This document shows positions 63,404 to 64,000 of a stretch of DNA of 64,000 nucleotides, piece by piece. Position numbers and translations under genes: made by a program. The DNA lies in contig CAIWXQ010000002.1 in the NCBI GenBank assembly GCA_903916675.1, positions 24,421 to 88,420 on the forward strand, in the 5' to 3' direction. The DNA comes from an uncultured bacterium. Lineage in GTDB: Bacteria; Verrucomicrobiota; Kiritimatiellia; RFP12; CAIWXQ01. Each line of letters opens with the position of its first letter. Positions within the stretch are counted from its first letter, which is position 1. The notes below the pieces were generated by a model. That model was not told the origin of the DNA. It saw only the letters and a program-made list of their open reading frames with translations, and did not search any database.

Positions 63404-64000
63404 ATGCGTAGAACCGTAATGCTGGTGGCTATCCTGGGAGTGATGGAAATCGGGCGGAGTCTGGCAATGGCCGCCGACCCGGCAACAGCGACACCCGCCG
63501 ACGGGCCGAGCGTCACCCTGATCGGCTGCGTGCTGTGCGACAGGCAGTGCATCGCCAGAACGTGGGACCACAAACGAACCGGGCCCGAGCATATGGTCGC
63601 GATCTATGCCTTTGACGGCACGCCCGAGATCCGGGCCGAGGTCGAGAATATTATGAAAGAGTTCTGGCCCGGCGACACCCTCGACGGTGAACAGGCTCGC
63701 AGGCTCATGGATGAATTCACCCAGCGCACTAAGTACTATCTCGAACCCACCGACCTAGTGAAGCACGCCGATGTGGACTACTCAACCTGGCCGGCGGCCG
63801 TCACCGGCACCATCCACGAACAGGACGGGAAGAAGTGGATTCGTGTTATTGACTTCAAAGTCGGCAACCGGGCCCAGCCGATGAAGATCCCCTACCCGGC
63901 CAGGATGCTCGCGCCTGACAAACCCATGCAGATGCCCGACACGGAGCCGCTGATCCTCCAGATCACCGACAAGCTGACCATGAAGTGCATCCAGGTGCCG
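63404..64000 (+). CDS. Secreted hypothetical protein, 5' portion (runs off the right edge)
   Basis: ATG at 63404 preceded by GAGGAGGAG. MRRTVMLVAILGVMEIGRSLAMAADP signal-like N-terminus. Open for 199 codons to the window end. Confidence 0.5.
   Translation, partial: MRRTVMLVAILGVMEIGRSLAMAADPATATPADGPSVTLIGCVLCDRQCIARTWDHKRTGPEHMVAIYAFDGTPEIRAEVENIMKEFWPGDTLDGEQARRLMDEFTQRTKYYLEPTDLVKHADVDYSTWPAAVTGTIHEQDGKKWIRVIDFKVGNRAQPMKIPYPARMLAPDKPMQMPDTEPLILQITDKLTMKCIQVP

Overview
GC-rich (by eye about two-thirds G+C) chromosomal segment from a diderm bacterium. All calls come from reading the translations, motifs and hairpins; no searches were run. EF-Tu has an atypical effector loop and the order tRNA-Thr/tuf/rpmG/tRNA-Trp/secE/nusG/rplKAJL/rpoBC is present, which I associate with PVC/Planctomycetota-like lineages (tentative).

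Layout:
- 1-11 kb: housekeeping genes (truncated Glu/Leu/Phe/Val dehydrogenase, LacI regulator, fused metX-metW, cysE, GT2 glycosyltransferase, TVP38/DedA protein, TPR lipoprotein, CvpA-like, dnaG).
- 11-18.4 kb, minus strand: kdsB-kdsA-lptC-like-lptA-lptB-hpf-ptsH-ptsI plus a small unknown ORF, and pgpA.
- 18.4-31.4 kb, minus strand: rpoC, rpoB, rplL, rplJ, rplA, rplK, nusG, secE, tRNA-Trp, rpmG, tuf, tRNA-Thr.
- 31.6-44.3 kb: envelope and secreted functions (secreted protein with a DnaJ-type zinc finger, amino-acid permease, EamA transporter, OlsF-like bifunctional acyltransferase, secreted helical protein, 1268-aa tandem DUF3857/transglutaminase-like protein, SGNH hydrolase).
- 44.7-53.2 kb: a compact ten-gene Tad/Flp-type pilus locus.
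- 53.2-53.7 kb: a lower-GC, ORF-poor tract abutting the 3' end of tRNA-Asn.
- 53.9-64 kb: visibly less GC-rich miscellany (spermidine-synthase-like protein, ferredoxin-nitroreductase, zinc-ribbon membrane protein plus HTH regulator, Old Yellow Enzyme, HU, GreA-like factor, ABC-F ATPase, PQQ-like beta-propeller, truncated secreted protein).

Most noteworthy:
1. The Tad locus has no secretin, TadZ/CpaE or prepilin peptidase in the window. It does have an FHA-fused CpaF, an atypical TadG-like protein and an orphan secreted protein.
2. A class of intergenic hairpin elements is built from short tandem 'words'. One exact 10-mer (GGACACAGAG) occurs five times in 1.85 kb, and some arms reach into CDS 3' ends.
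3. Two ORF-poor, lower-GC tracts (37.5-38.3 kb and 53.2-53.7 kb) carry dense symmetric motifs.

No CRISPR array, rRNA, transposase or integrase was recognised.
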